DNA of 25,908 nt from a virus (lineage: Duplodnaviria > Caudoviricetes), in IMG/VR virus record IMGVR_UViG_3300032320_002409, positions 1-25,908 of that record, one strand, 5' to 3'. The notes under the pieces are model-generated. The model made no database searches. It was given only the letters and a program-made list of their open reading frames with translations, and had not been told where the DNA came from. The stretch's first letter is position 1, and each line of letters opens with the position of its first letter. The position numbers were made by a program, and so were the translations under genes. Shown piece after piece: positions 17,201 to 25,900 of the stretch.

Positions 17201-18343
17201 ATTTTTGTTAATGGCATATTGCAAGAACCTGATAAATCATATCAATTTGAGGGTGGCACCACTTTTGTGTTTACATCTGCACCAAAACCAGAAGATAATA
17301 TTGCAATTTTCTTCTATAGAGGAACTATTGGTTCTGATAGTGCATTGAATTCTGATATTGCACAAACAATTAAAACAGGTGACAATGTACAAGTTATTAA
17401 AAATAATGGTTATGATACTACTATTAGTCAAAATGAAAGATTAGTCCAAAACGTTACATTTGCTGATAGAATAGAAACTGATTTATATACTGGACCAGGT
17501 ATAGATGAAGTCAATTTAAAACCAATTAACTGGACAAAACAAAAAAGAGATAAAATTGTATTTGGTCAAACTGTTTATAAAGTAAGAGATTCTATCGAAT
17601 CACAAGTTTACCCAACAGCAAAACTAATATCTGGAATTACAACAACAAGCAAAGAATTCTTTGTAGATAATGCATCATTCTTCAATTACAATAATCAGAT
17701 TGCAGCAAAACCATTCGATCTTTTAATTGTTGGTAGTTCAAGTACAGTTGGGATGGCAACTACTGCACCTTCACCTTTTGAAACTATTAAAAATATCACT
17801 ACTGTAGATGGTTTTTGTGGAGTTGTAACAGGAATAGGCACAACAACTGGTATTGGAACTAGTAAAGCTTTAAAATTCTTCCTCAATAATTTAGATTCCA
17901 ACACTTTCGTTACGGCAGGATTATCTACCGGTTATCCAATTTACATTTATGATACAAGGGTTGGTAATGGTATAACTGCTATTAGTAATTTTAATGACAA
18001 TCGTGTTGGTATTGGAAGTACGTATTTGGATTGTGTATACCACGTCAGTGCTTGGTCTGGAGTAGTTGGTGATGATAATGTTGGAATTATTACATGTAAT
18101 GTGCATTCAGATTCGAATATAATTGGTTTATCATCATCTGGAACTGAAATAAACCCAGTTGGTAAATTTTCTTGGGGAAGATTATATGGGGCTGGAGTGG
18201 TTAGAACAATCAATCCAATTTCAATTGCTGTGACGACAAATACTGCTGATGTTGGATTAACAACCTATCCAACAATTCAAAGAAGATCAATAGGTTTAAA
18301 ATTAATTTATGATACTGGAGCATTACCAAAACGATTGACTTAA
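5282..18343 (+). CDS. gp7: Giant baseplate wedge initiator gp7-like structural protein, 4353 aa
   Basis: Located between gp6 and gp8. N-terminal QLPSFI..E.P...EFLKQYY and FYQSKGTEESFKILFKVLYG, internal DNDYYQNLSYTIKS, many GxGY beta repeats, and C-terminal GKFSWGRL. Confidence 0.88.
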   Translation: MIKKEFDSRVKIYEIIESQLPSFILDENPKAAEFLKQYYISQEYQGGPVDIGENLDQYSKINNILSSAVSNRSIYLTSDIGTENKITINVNSTEGFPQKYGLLKVDNEIITYTGITTNSFLNCQRGFSGITDYHQEINEEELVFETSQSSPHKSSAIVINLSSLFLKEVFKKVKYTFAPGFEEIDFNEKLNAGNFIKSIRSFYQSKGTEESFKILFKVLYGVNPTIVNLENFLLKPSTAEYLRREVVLIERISGEPNNLVGQQIEKTNDPATNASVSNVEILTRNFKTYYKLSLFVGYSIPSAVEGSFKVTPNSKCTEAIPVGSSIISVDSTIGFDKSGVLISGENTNITYTHKSVNQFFGCSGIGTAIPFASDIRNDKIYFGYENGDKTKKVTFSILGSLSKFEQISEILNGVAEGDAINIRSLGNPISKSRFSNNTFKEVFVNSWIYNANSRFHIDNFNGPKTLNLKSAILKDDQTSFKHGDEVEIVERGTNNILFTSHIEEKIGENSKSIKLLGSFIPVEGVLYDLRRKLNKASSLYAPINGGNNAIISDISNLYTNTNEAYVASNSLPSSNRGLNIPYNYQITKKLDSFTISDSSGALESKIDINYSVIAFENPITFITGDRIYYQPTADALIGLDPGYYFVEIISQDAKKIRLYASSSFIGTSSYVLFRSPYNSGLGTHKFTLASQKSGLIGPQNLLKKFPLEINSSITNDSSKVILPGPIGLLVNGVEIDSYKSRDKIYYGPLKSVSVLNNGRDYDVINLPNISVSGGIGITALIQPVITGSIKKVYVEPQDFDIDRIVSIGVNGGNGRGAVLEPILNLRVREVLFDGRATTVGGGINTTTGQLTFDTDHFFADGEEIFYNANGNEGIGVGIGTSTLIDSSSYYPKSTSPRTVLLYPSSKDYSAGINTIKFNTDNNAGVHKFNTKSNKKTLTEIKIIDGGEGYTNRKLIVKQSGISTSNSTINFPNHGFSDGDLIIYNYQTSPIIGISTDPSNKFYILKLDDDSFRLCDAGSNEPLVSNYERKNYIKFKSTGTGYQYFSYPPILVSVEFTSVGIASTVQPSKILSITPSVRGKIVDAYLYESGTGYGATVLNFEKKPIITIKNGKDAKVTPNISEGRINTVRLEYGGLEYYSTPDIIVTDPTGKGSGAEFLPIIENNRLKSVKVINSGIGYSSTSKISIISAGSNAVFDSEVRSLTLNNVGRYGNEYVVETLETDLKYSSIAYSEQLQNSFDDNGENHSNIIGWAYDGNPIYGAYGYTNPQDVNSQPKSLVSGYVLDTSYADRPSNFSSGFFVEDYKYTENGDLDHNNGRFCKTPEFPLGTYAYFSPINNISLQPQFPYYIGNSFKSNVIEENLYLNQNIFDFSTSGVLRNTYPYKLTDPNVESDFLSSFADLKNQIVKVESVSTGNIDSYQIISDGDNYKIDDILRFKSDDGDDLSSRVSSLKGKDINNIVCNQDVYNDVILTQINPEKLQLTILPTHDLLDTEFISLTGFSTIFTKLDGTYQIGVSSITTTLAKDIPAAASIGSTEIYVSQIPTAISIGSSIGIGTEVAKVLNLYKIKNIVTIYRDTTGVAHTAKTQISLLPNSFTIDKNLGDEVDSKLNDKIYFNPKESIGVGTESGNGTSVSFNFADFTVSRDIPTRTIYLESHPFITNQKIRFTPPAGTISVSTDGTNTFAIPINGQYQDFYVVNKTINSIGIKTSFNSPELFFHSNGNNDDRYLLESTFDQITGSLTRFRTAVSVASSHGLINGDIIKLNIKPNIDVGIGLIPPGPVGSGESTSVKVTFNENYQKLVLDPVGFGSTSITVSNFYYTKPTQQPSIGIFVGLAFTVGLGITGTRNGQDVYNFIWDNYSKFDLDGDGVVSYSDAVIATREMTSVGFSGDALIKDIIFPGNATRRTASSIRSYINSLTSNVGIGSTTYDINGSGIVDASIDGELLKRFTNTDGLGKSGTYNPSSLRGSIRLSNHRFKTGDKVLYTSNDNGLLQPLDDGEYYTIKVDKDNIQLALTYKDCTVDPPNTVSIGFSGSESQSIGIINPEIKITKNNTLNFDLLDPSLSGYDFKVYFDKSFEHEFISTGSTSTFSRYKIGNAGISTIAALKIIYDQHVPQKLYYALEKDGKFVSPDFDVQQNSLISYEDSLFIENEEYTVVGIASTSFNIFLKRLPERLSYASTECQTLEYNTSSKTAQGPIHQIEITSSKSDYTTVPVLQEIVTDNGIDANIILNSKVIGDIKEVSIINEGFSYQSDITLKPSAYISPQIFIKDANTIKSISIAKGGSGYTIAPNIVIVDVLNSEKIDTGILEARLSGSSVSSVVIIQKPKGIPDTEVKLAATNNTNGFSIQKIETYSSVVFDVYISQPTDGFVTAPFAPGDEVFIEGIQKNDAIAGGGFNSENYGYNFFKVVDFNTTGLLARVRVDASALTDDIGTPKTIQDFVPSIINRKIYPEFDITKEKLGFALNEKIFSNGIERDLKVTSFNNSYIKVFGSYELSVDEKITGKQTGTIVTVSEIRENYGKFEIDYATKTNTGWANDIGKLNNDIQVISDNDYYQNLSYTIKSPITYDDSKTVVNNFLHTIGTKNFSDTGITSTSNFVFTSEDSTTTIKDIITDQRTETIYGFDLVKDINSFNGYSKFLQFDSKFLSPYISNKTNRVLKIDNINTQFSNLESNINPYLDIINLSTSNIQYLDTLVRISTTDGSKVQLTDLVIVNNDTDAFLLEKGTIVTAGIGSTEYPGEKIGDFSLETKNSEVNLRFTPVDFANTDYDIKFIQKSFQTNSIGVASTSIGFITKFNSIKTTSGLTTTVGLTTNILSVNASVFKSLHASVHITDIASNKMQYSELYVTHDNSDTFVSEFYFDDLGSDENGYTGGFIGSFGTNLNSNILSLNFENLYSQNGVIVKANIVGFGTTTIGISTYRFKTSGTPNGSERSAVYNSYSTDAVSPNPLVVSTYNYTLFNSSKSLVEVSIGSTKAIHQVLTIHDGSSVYVKQLPFLSVSGISTSDSRLGLGTFGGEISGSNVILKFYPDNNLTGTFRLSSFNKLLYTFVDAINIAPPLNYIDETNLTFARDSVIVKFYNSVNGFRINRRDFEMFYNELPIFAREFDTSDTNDLVLNTGTFTSAKHFFNENEELIYTPKSTIIGVATSPLVYKSGIATGILPPTVYIVNKDDDTFQISTTKSGTAVTFTSSGGGNAHVFEMKKKNEKCIITIDDVIQYPIFPKQIYYQLTNSIGVAQSTFQMTGISTIVPKDVLKINDEYMGVVSVGFGTTSIGPIIGVGTFPLVTVTRGYLGTAATSYSSSSQVSVNIGAFNIVQNKLYFTDPPRGNVQEIKDQSNLESIKSDFTGRVFLRNDYTTNIIYDDISSQFNGIGRTFTLTVGSGNTVGLGTSGGNGLLLINGIFQTPTTSNNPKNNFALRENAGITSVVFSGIRPGGGAEVDIVSDYDINQNDRPRGGLIVSIGSTLGIGYAPLVGARVKPIVSAAGTIASVVGSSYTGNSVSVSTASYNNFSGIIEITTTEPHKLLESDLVRLVGLGFTCPSNVGVVSFFPRSTASRLDTFFPIVSVASSTVFTAKVGTSTLPHTYIGFGTVFPWYNLNIGSGYRGPVSVAITQSGHNGTVASITANVGAGGTLSFTVNSGGSGYSTITPCNVSIPDPSYANLPIEGVSRIGIGSTTTTGVGLVLSLDVDSNPYYAGGKFYDAANLIFRNLQLIADVAVGRMLAAYPGFTIPGGNSQCSDDIKAVLETIIYNLRFGGNDRVYEAADIYRTQQSLLSGEEVQSIYAFNEARDIAIQVMRNEVVTTGGYTTEVQIIDNTVIGDASNTPGEYTVGDCADVASSIGSFVGIVTNTINNVIISGAGATIPANKTVAPGSLFSVKNFTITRPGYSFRKGDVIRPVGLVTDARLNTPLSNFELTVLDTFTDSFALWQFGNLDYIDSIAAYQDGYRLSFPLYYNGQLLSFEKDKNFDLDMKNLLVIFVNGILQEPDKSYQFEGGTTFVFTSAPKPEDNIAIFFYRGTIGSDSALNSDIAQTIKTGDNVQVIKNNGYDTTISQNERLVQNVTFADRIETDLYTGPGIDEVNLKPINWTKQKRDKIVFGQTVYKVRDSIESQVYPTAKLISGITTTSKEFFVDNASFFNYNNQIAAKPFDLLIVGSSSTVGMATTAPSPFETIKNITTVDGFCGVVTGIGTTTGIGTSKALKFFLNNLDSNTFVTAGLSTGYPIYIYDTRVGNGITAISNFNDNRVGIGSTYLDCVYHVSAWSGVVGDDNVGIITCNVHSDSNIIGLSSSGTEINPVGKFSWGRLYGAGVVRTINPISIAVTTNTADVGLTTYPTIQRRSIGLKLIYDTGALPKRLT
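13307..14400 (+). repeat. Three tandem ~120-aa beta-rich modules within gp7 (protein-level repeat)
   Basis: Cores VQLTDLVIVNNDTDAF..LRFTP, MQYSELYVTHDNSDTF..LNFEN and AIHQVLTIHDGSSVY..LKFYP. Confidence 0.6.
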
Positions 18344-18365
18344 AAATTCAGTTATCCAAATGGGT

Positions 18366-18373
18366 TATAAATA
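18366..18373 (+). promoter_or_regulatory. T4 late promoter TATAAATA for gp8
   Basis: Exact consensus in the 48-nt gp7-gp8 gap. Confidence 0.85.
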
Positions 18374-18391
18374 TATAAAAAAACTATTAGC

Positions 18392-19954
18392 ATGGCATCT
18401 ATAATAACAGATCAATTTAGAATATTTAATGCAGGAAATTTTGTTGATTCTGTTAATACTAACTCCTATTATGTTTTTCTGGGTTTGGCAAATCCCAACG
18501 ATGGTGGGTTTAGTAGAACCAGTGGCACTGTAGGAACAGAGACAAGGTGGGATTCAAATCCACCAGCACCAACTGATAATTTACAGTACCTATCACACTA
18601 CAAAGATACATTATTATTTGGTAAAAAAATTATTCCATCTAATGTAAGAAGGGTTGTTAGAAAAATTAATTGGACTTCTAATACAAGATACGATATGTAT
18701 CGACATGATTATAATATTGAAAATTTAACACCAAATTCAAATTTACCAAGACTATTTGATTCTGATTTTTATGTAATGAATAGCAATTATAGAGTTTATA
18801 TTTGCATTGATAATGGCGCTTCTGGTACTAATTTATTAGGAAATAAATCTCAAGATGAACCAACATTCATTGATGCTGAACCTTCTGCTGCTGGTTCAAG
18901 TAATGATGGTTATGTTTGGAAATACTTATTCACAGTACCACCTTCGGATGTTATCAAGTTTGATTCCACAGAATATATAATTTTACCAAACGATTGGGAA
19001 ACTGATGTTGATAGTGAAATACAAAGAATTAGAAATGCTGGTAATTCTGAGATAGAAGAAAACCAAATTAAAAAGATATACATTGATACTGCTGGTGATG
19101 GTTATGTTAATGGTACATATACATGTAATATCAATGGTGACGGGTCTGGGGCAACAGCATTAATTACTGTGGAAAATAGTTCAATTAAATCTGCAAGGGT
19201 TACTGCTGGGGGTAAGGGTTACACTTATGGTATTGTTGATTTGGGTTCATTAAGAACTGGAACTTTATCGCAAAATGCACAACTAATACCAATTATACCA
19301 CCATCAAATGGTCATGGTTATGACATTTATAAAGAACTAGGTGCAGATAGAGTTTTAATTTATGCAAGATTTGATGACGCAACGAAAGACATTCCTATCG
19401 ATACTAAATTTGCACAAATAGGAATATTAAAAAATCCAACATATGCATCTTCTAGTAGTACTTTTGATGAAAATGCTTTTTCTGGACTTTATTCAATAAA
19501 ATTGAATTCAGTTAGTCAAAAACCAATAATTGGAGAAGAAATAAATCAGACAAGATCTGATGGAAAAATTGCTAGAGGATATGTTGCATCATTCGATAGT
19601 GATACCTTAGTTCTAAAATATTTTAGAGATAGGTCATTATATTATCCAAATGGTTCGGATGAGACTGATAATTCAAATATTACTACCAAATCAAAAATTA
19701 ATGAGTTTGAATCTTCAGCAAATAATATCTTTTTTATAGATTCTGGTTTTAATTCTGCAATAAATACATCTTTTGGGGATAATAAAGTTACCATTGGTAA
19801 TAAAGTTATCGATCTTGGAACTATATTCACGGCGGGACTTGCAGAACCAGAGATAAATAAGAAGTCAGGAGATATTATCTATATTGATAATCGGCCGATG
19901 GTTGCAAGAAATCTTAGACAAAAAGAAGACGTTAAAATTATCCTGGAATTTTAA
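18392..19954 (+). CDS. gp8: Baseplate wedge subunit gp8
   Basis: MASIITDQFRI.NA, FYVMNSNYRVYICIDN, DGYVWKYLFT and C-terminal SGDIIYIDNR...R...QKEDVKIILEF. Confidence 0.93.
   Translation: MASIITDQFRIFNAGNFVDSVNTNSYYVFLGLANPNDGGFSRTSGTVGTETRWDSNPPAPTDNLQYLSHYKDTLLFGKKIIPSNVRRVVRKINWTSNTRYDMYRHDYNIENLTPNSNLPRLFDSDFYVMNSNYRVYICIDNGASGTNLLGNKSQDEPTFIDAEPSAAGSSNDGYVWKYLFTVPPSDVIKFDSTEYIILPNDWETDVDSEIQRIRNAGNSEIEENQIKKIYIDTAGDGYVNGTYTCNINGDGSGATALITVENSSIKSARVTAGGKGYTYGIVDLGSLRTGTLSQNAQLIPIIPPSNGHGYDIYKELGADRVLIYARFDDATKDIPIDTKFAQIGILKNPTYASSSSTFDENAFSGLYSIKLNSVSQKPIIGEEINQTRSDGKIARGYVASFDSDTLVLKYFRDRSLYYPNGSDETDNSNITTKSKINEFESSANNIFFIDSGFNSAINTSFGDNKVTIGNKVIDLGTIFTAGLAEPEINKKSGDIIYIDNRPMVARNLRQKEDVKIILEF
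19853..19859 (+). promoter_or_regulatory. Internal late promoter ATAAATA in the 3' end of gp8
   Basis: About 100 nt upstream of ATG 19960; encoded within E-I-N-K codons. Confidence 0.5.
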
Positions 19955-19959
19955 GCAAA

Positions 19960-22900
19960 ATGGCACAAAAAACAAATTTAAACATTAGTCCATATTACGA
20001 CGATTTCAGTTCTGATAAGAATTTTTATAAGATTTTATTTAATCCAGGAAGGCCGGTTCAAGCTAGAGAATTAACAACAATACAATCACTATTACAAAAC
20101 CAAATAGAATCATTTGGTAGTCATATGTTTAAAGAGGGATCAGTAGTTATCCCTGGAAATTTAGTTTATGATGGTCAGTTTTATGCAGTAAAACTTAATC
20201 AAACAAATTCTGGTATAGATATCACCCTATATTTGGAAAATATTGTAGGGAAAAAAATTACAGGATCTGTGTCTGGAATAACAGCAACAGTACAGCATGT
20301 TGAATTTGCAAATGGAACTTCAGTACTAGATCCAACAATATATGTAAAATATCTAGATTCTGATAATAATTTTGTCTTTACTCAGTTTACTGATGGAGAA
20401 GAGTTAAGTGTCAATGAAAATATTAGTTATTCTGGAACTACAATAAATGCGGGATCTGCTTTTGCATCATTAATATCTTTCAATGCAACTGCAATTGGAT
20501 CTGCAGCATTTATTAATGCTGGTATTTATTTTGTCAGAGGTTATTTTGTAAATGTATCTAAGCAAATTTTGATGTTGGATTATTATACCAATAATCCAAA
20601 TTATAGAGTTGGTCTAACTATTGACGAAGTTATTATTACACCAAAAGATGATAAATCAATTTATGATAATGCTAAAGGGTTTGAGAATTTTGCAGCACCT
20701 GGTGCCGATAGACTTCAAATTAAACTAACACTAGACAAAAAATTACTTACTGATCAGAATGATAATAATTTTATTGAACTTTTAAGGATTGATGGTGGTA
20801 AAGTTAAAAAAATAGAAAATAAATCCACAAATGATAAACTAAGAGATTATCTTGCACAAAGAACATACGAAGAATCTGGAGACTATGCAGTAGAACCTTT
20901 TAATCCATCTATTCAGAACTCTCTCAATAATAGACTAGGAGATAATGGGTTATTTTTCTCAAATGAAACAACACCCGATGGGTCTAAACCATCAAACGAT
21001 TTAATGTGTGTAAAAGTTTCACCAGGAAAGGCATATGTTAGAGGATATGATATTAGAAAAGGTTCATCAACAATTTTAGATGTAGAAAAACCAAGAGATA
21101 CCCAATCAATATCAAATGTTGGCATTTCTTTTGAAATGGGTAATTTGATGCGAGTGAATAATGTCAAGGGCACACCCCAAACTAAAGGAATTGTAACATT
21201 ATATGATCAATTTGGAACAAATGGTGTTGGAATTGGAAGCGCAAGAGTATATGCATTTAATTTGACAGACTCAGCATATACCAATAGTTCTACAAATTTT
21301 GATTTATATTTATATGATATACAAACAAATACTAGATTGGTATTGAATAGATCTGCAAGTTCAATTGAAATTCCATCATCCTCATATATTAAAGGTAAAA
21401 ATAGTGGTGCTACTGGTTATACTGTCTCAGCAGCTGCAGATTCTGACACTATAGATGTTAGACAAACCTCTGGCAATTTCATGGTTGGAGAATCAATAGT
21501 TGTAAATGGCGTTGATTTTCCAAGAACAATTAATTCATCATCAGTATTTAATACTCAAAGTATTAAATCTTTTAAACAGGATGTTTTTGGTACTGTAGGA
21601 ATTCCAACTTTTACTGCAGATGCAGTATTGGATAGATTTAGATTCTTTGGTGGCATTACCAATGTTTCAATATCTACAGCACAAGGTGGTATATCAACTG
21701 TAACTTGTCCAGGAAAATTCTTTAACGTTCGAACCGGAACAGTTGTTAGATATCAAAAAGTAGGATTTGCAACCGAGACTTATAATAGAATTTCATCAGT
21801 TTCTTCAGATGGATCTTCATTCCAACTTTCTGCAATTAACCCAAGTGTTGTAGGTGTTTTTGAAGGTAATTTACCAACTAGTTCCATACAGGTTGATGCA
21901 TTTCCATCAGCAACAATTATAAGAAATCCATCAAATTCTTACCTGTATAGTATACTACCACATAAGAATATTGCAAGTATTAGCCTTACAGGATCGTCAC
22001 TAAAAATATCATCACAGTTAATAAATCAAACAATCACAAATAATCAGATTGTTCTCAATGCATCCACAATAGCATCAACTTTAGGGATTACCTCTGCATT
22101 TTTTGATGCATTTGATCAAGAAAGATATTCAGTTGTGTATGCTAATGGTACTGTAGCACCATTATCAAGTGATTCTGTCAGTGTTACTAATGACACACTA
22201 ACAATTAGAAATTTAACTAATGGATCATCAACAATAAATGTGACTCTGCTTAAATCTGGAGTAAAAAATAAAATTAAAAAATATGTAAGAAGTGAAAAAT
22301 TAGAAATAACTAGGTCAAAAAATTTGCAATCTGGATCTGGAATTAATACTTCCATTTCTGATGGACTTACATATAGTCAATATTATGGATTGCGGGTTCA
22401 AGATGAAGAAATTTGTTTATTAAAACCAGATATTGTTAAAATAATGGGAGTCTTTGAATCGTTTGATTCATCAACCCCATCTTTGGATAGAATATTATTT
22501 ACATCAACGGCAAATGTAACCAATAATGCTATAGTTGGTGAATTAATACTTGGAAGTTCTTCAAAAACAGTAGCAAGAGTTATTGAGAAGGTATCTAATC
22601 CAACAAATACTTTAGAAATTACTTACTTAACAAATGACAGATTTGTTGTTGGTGAAGAAGTATTATTTGAGGAATCAAATATAAAAACTCAGGTTGAGTT
22701 AATAACTCCTGGCAAATATAAAGACATTACTTCATCATATACATTAGATAAGGGTCAAAAAGAAGAATATTATGATTATTCTAAAATAGTAAGAAATAAG
22801 GATATTTCCGAGCCAAATAAAAAACTTTTGATTATATATGATTATTATACTGTAGAATCAAATGATAATGGAGATGTATTTACAGTATTAAGTTATGACA

Positions 22901-25900
22901 AAGATAGGTATACTACAGATATACCTTCTATTGTTTCTGGAATCAGAGCATCAGATGTTTTAGATTTTAGACCTAGAGTTTCTACTTTTAATCCAAATAC
23001 TACCAATGCCTCACCTTTTGACTTTACATCTAGAAATTTTGGAACAGATCCAAAATTAATTATAACCCCAAATGAATCTTTCTCAGTATCATATGATTTT
23101 TATCTTCCTAGAATTGATAGATTATATTTGGATAAAAATGGCAATTTTGTTTTAGAAAAGGGAGTATCTGCAACTAATCCAAAGGCACCTACAAAAAATG
23201 ATGCAATGATGGAAATAGCAACTATTCAGTTGCCACCATATTTGTTTAATCCACAAGATGCAGTAATACAACTTAGAGATAATAGAAGATATACTATGAG
23301 AGATATTGGTTATATTGATAACCGAGTTCAAAATTTGGAGAGAGTAACTTCATTGTCATTCTTAGAAGTTCAGACACAAACTTTACAAGTTCAAGATAGT
23401 GAAGGTAGAAATAGATTTAAAAGTGGTTTCTTTGTTGATGACTTTAGAAATAATAGTTTAATGAATCGTGGTTTATCTAACGTACAAGTTAATCCATCTG
23501 CTAGTGAATTGATTCCTTTGATCACCAGGAATTCAATTAAGTCAAGAATACTGCCAGCAATTGATGTAATTGATGAATCATTAGATTATCGAGAAAATTT
23601 TGAATTATTGGATGCAAATGTACAGAAAACTGGAAATTGTGTAACTTTAAAATATGATGAGATTGATTGGATTTCTCAATTGTATGCAACTGGTGTAGAA
23701 AATGTAAATCCATTCAATGTTGTTGTATATACCGGTATTATTGATCTAAACCCAGCCGTTGATACTTGGGTTAGAACTGTTCAACTACCAGATAGAAATG
23801 TTAATATAACAAATAATTCTGCTAGAACAATTACTAGAGATCTTAATGGTAGTCTTAGACAAGATATTAACAATCCTGTAGTTAGGGAGACATCATCTAC
23901 ATCGATTGATCGTGTAGCTAATCCAAATAGAGCAGGAACATCTGAGGTAACTGGATCTAGTGTTACCGAATCAAGCGACACCCAATCATTCAATAGTTCA
24001 AGTTCATCAACTAATGTTACTTTTGATACCGTAACGAATACTGATATTTCAGTTCGAAATGTTTTAGTTTCAGCTTCTGATGAATCATTCATGAGATCTA
24101 GAAATACTGAATTTTCAGTATCTAATCTCAAACCATCGACTCAATATTACCAATTCCTTGATAGCAATAGTGCTGTAGATTTTACTCCCAAACTTATTGA
24201 GATTGCAACTGATAATACATTATCAACTCCAGGAACAACTGGCATTTACAGAACTGGTGAGACAGTAGTTGGTTCTGTAAATGGTGTTAATCTAATATCT
24301 TTTAGACTTGCAACTCCAGATCACAAGTATGGGGCATTTAACTCCCCAACTACAAAGTATAATATTAATCCATATATTAAAACAGAAACACTACAAACAG
24401 CATATAGCAACACAACAAAAGTACTGAATATTGATACAAATTCTTTAGCAGAAGAAGCACAAGGAAGATACACTGGGTATTTAACCAAGGGTATGTTGCT
24501 AATTGGACAAACTAGTGGTGCTATATCATACGTAAAAGATTTGAGACTAATAACAGATAATTATGGAGATTTAATTGGTACTTTCTTCCTGAGAGATCCT
24601 CTTAGTACACCAGTTCCTACTGTAAGAATTGCAACAGGAACAAAAACATTTAAACTAACTTCAAGTTTAACAAATGAAATAGGAATTCCTGGAAGTAATG
24701 CAATTTCTTTTGCAGAAGTTGCATATAGTTCTGATGGAACTCTGAACCAATGGGAAAATGAAGTAACTGCAATTACTAGTAATTTAACAACACAAACCGT
24801 TACAAATTTAAACCTAAGTTTAACTACAAATTTAACAACTATAACAAGAAATACAAATAATACTGTTGCAGAATTTTTTGACCCATTAGCACAATCATTT
24901 ACGGTAGGTGGTAGTGTTGAAGCACCTGGTGCAAATGATAGTATTGATGATATTAATGGTGCTTTCTTAACATCTGTTGGTTTGTTCTTTGCTAAAAAAG
25001 ACGATGGAAATGCACCGGTAAGAGTTGAGATTAGAACAGTTGAACTTGGAACTCCAACTCGCATAATTCTAGGAAAATCTGTGATTTTAAGACCGTCTGA
25101 TATATCAATATCAGATGATGGTGAAACTGAGACAAAAGTAACCTTCCCAGAACCAATATATTTGGCACCTGGAAACGAGTATTCTGTTGTTATTATATCT
25201 GCTCATAGTGACAAATATGAAATGTGGATTGCTACTATGGGTGAGAAGAGCAGAAAAACCCAAACATTACCAACTACTGAGGCAGTTATTTATTCTAAGC
25301 AATTCTCAATGGGAAGTTTGTTCAAATCACAAAATGGATCAATTTGGACTGCAAACCAATACCAAGATCTTAAATTTAAATTATATAAAGCTAAATTTGT
25401 CCCAAAAACTGGAACTGCATTTTTTACCACTCCACCATTAAATCAAAGTAACAGCTACATTGCAAGATTAAATAATAACCCAATTAGAACTTTACCAAAA
25501 ACTGCTACATTAGGAATTTCTACGTCTCTTTCTTCAGTAAATCCAACTTTTGTCAATGATATTCTAAAAGTAGGTAGAAAAATTTCAGGAACAACACCAA
25601 ATACTTATGCATATATTGTTGGTGTTGGTTGTTCAGTAACACAAGCAATAATCACTGATGGTGGCACAAATTACCCAGCAAGTTCAACACTTATTAATTT
25701 GGAAACGTCCAATATTGTTGGACGTGGATCTGGATTAAAACTAACTGTAAATACAAATTCAAGTGGAGTTATTAGTGGTATAGCGGGAACTACAGCAACT
25801 GGTACTGGTTATAAAGTAGGTGATGTTGTTGGTATTGTGACTACTTTAGGTAGAAATGCCAGAGTTTCAATATCATCTATCTCTGGAGTGGATACTTTAT

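Noticed and set aside
1282-25064. Numerous minus-strand ORFs of 60-170 aa opposite the main genes
   Set aside because: They are antisense shadows of long coding frames, with no RBS or recognisable motifs.
25187-25441. + strand 84-aa ORF from the track
   Set aside because: It is out of frame inside the VrlC-like gene, whose own frame carries the conserved LFKSQNGSIW motif here.
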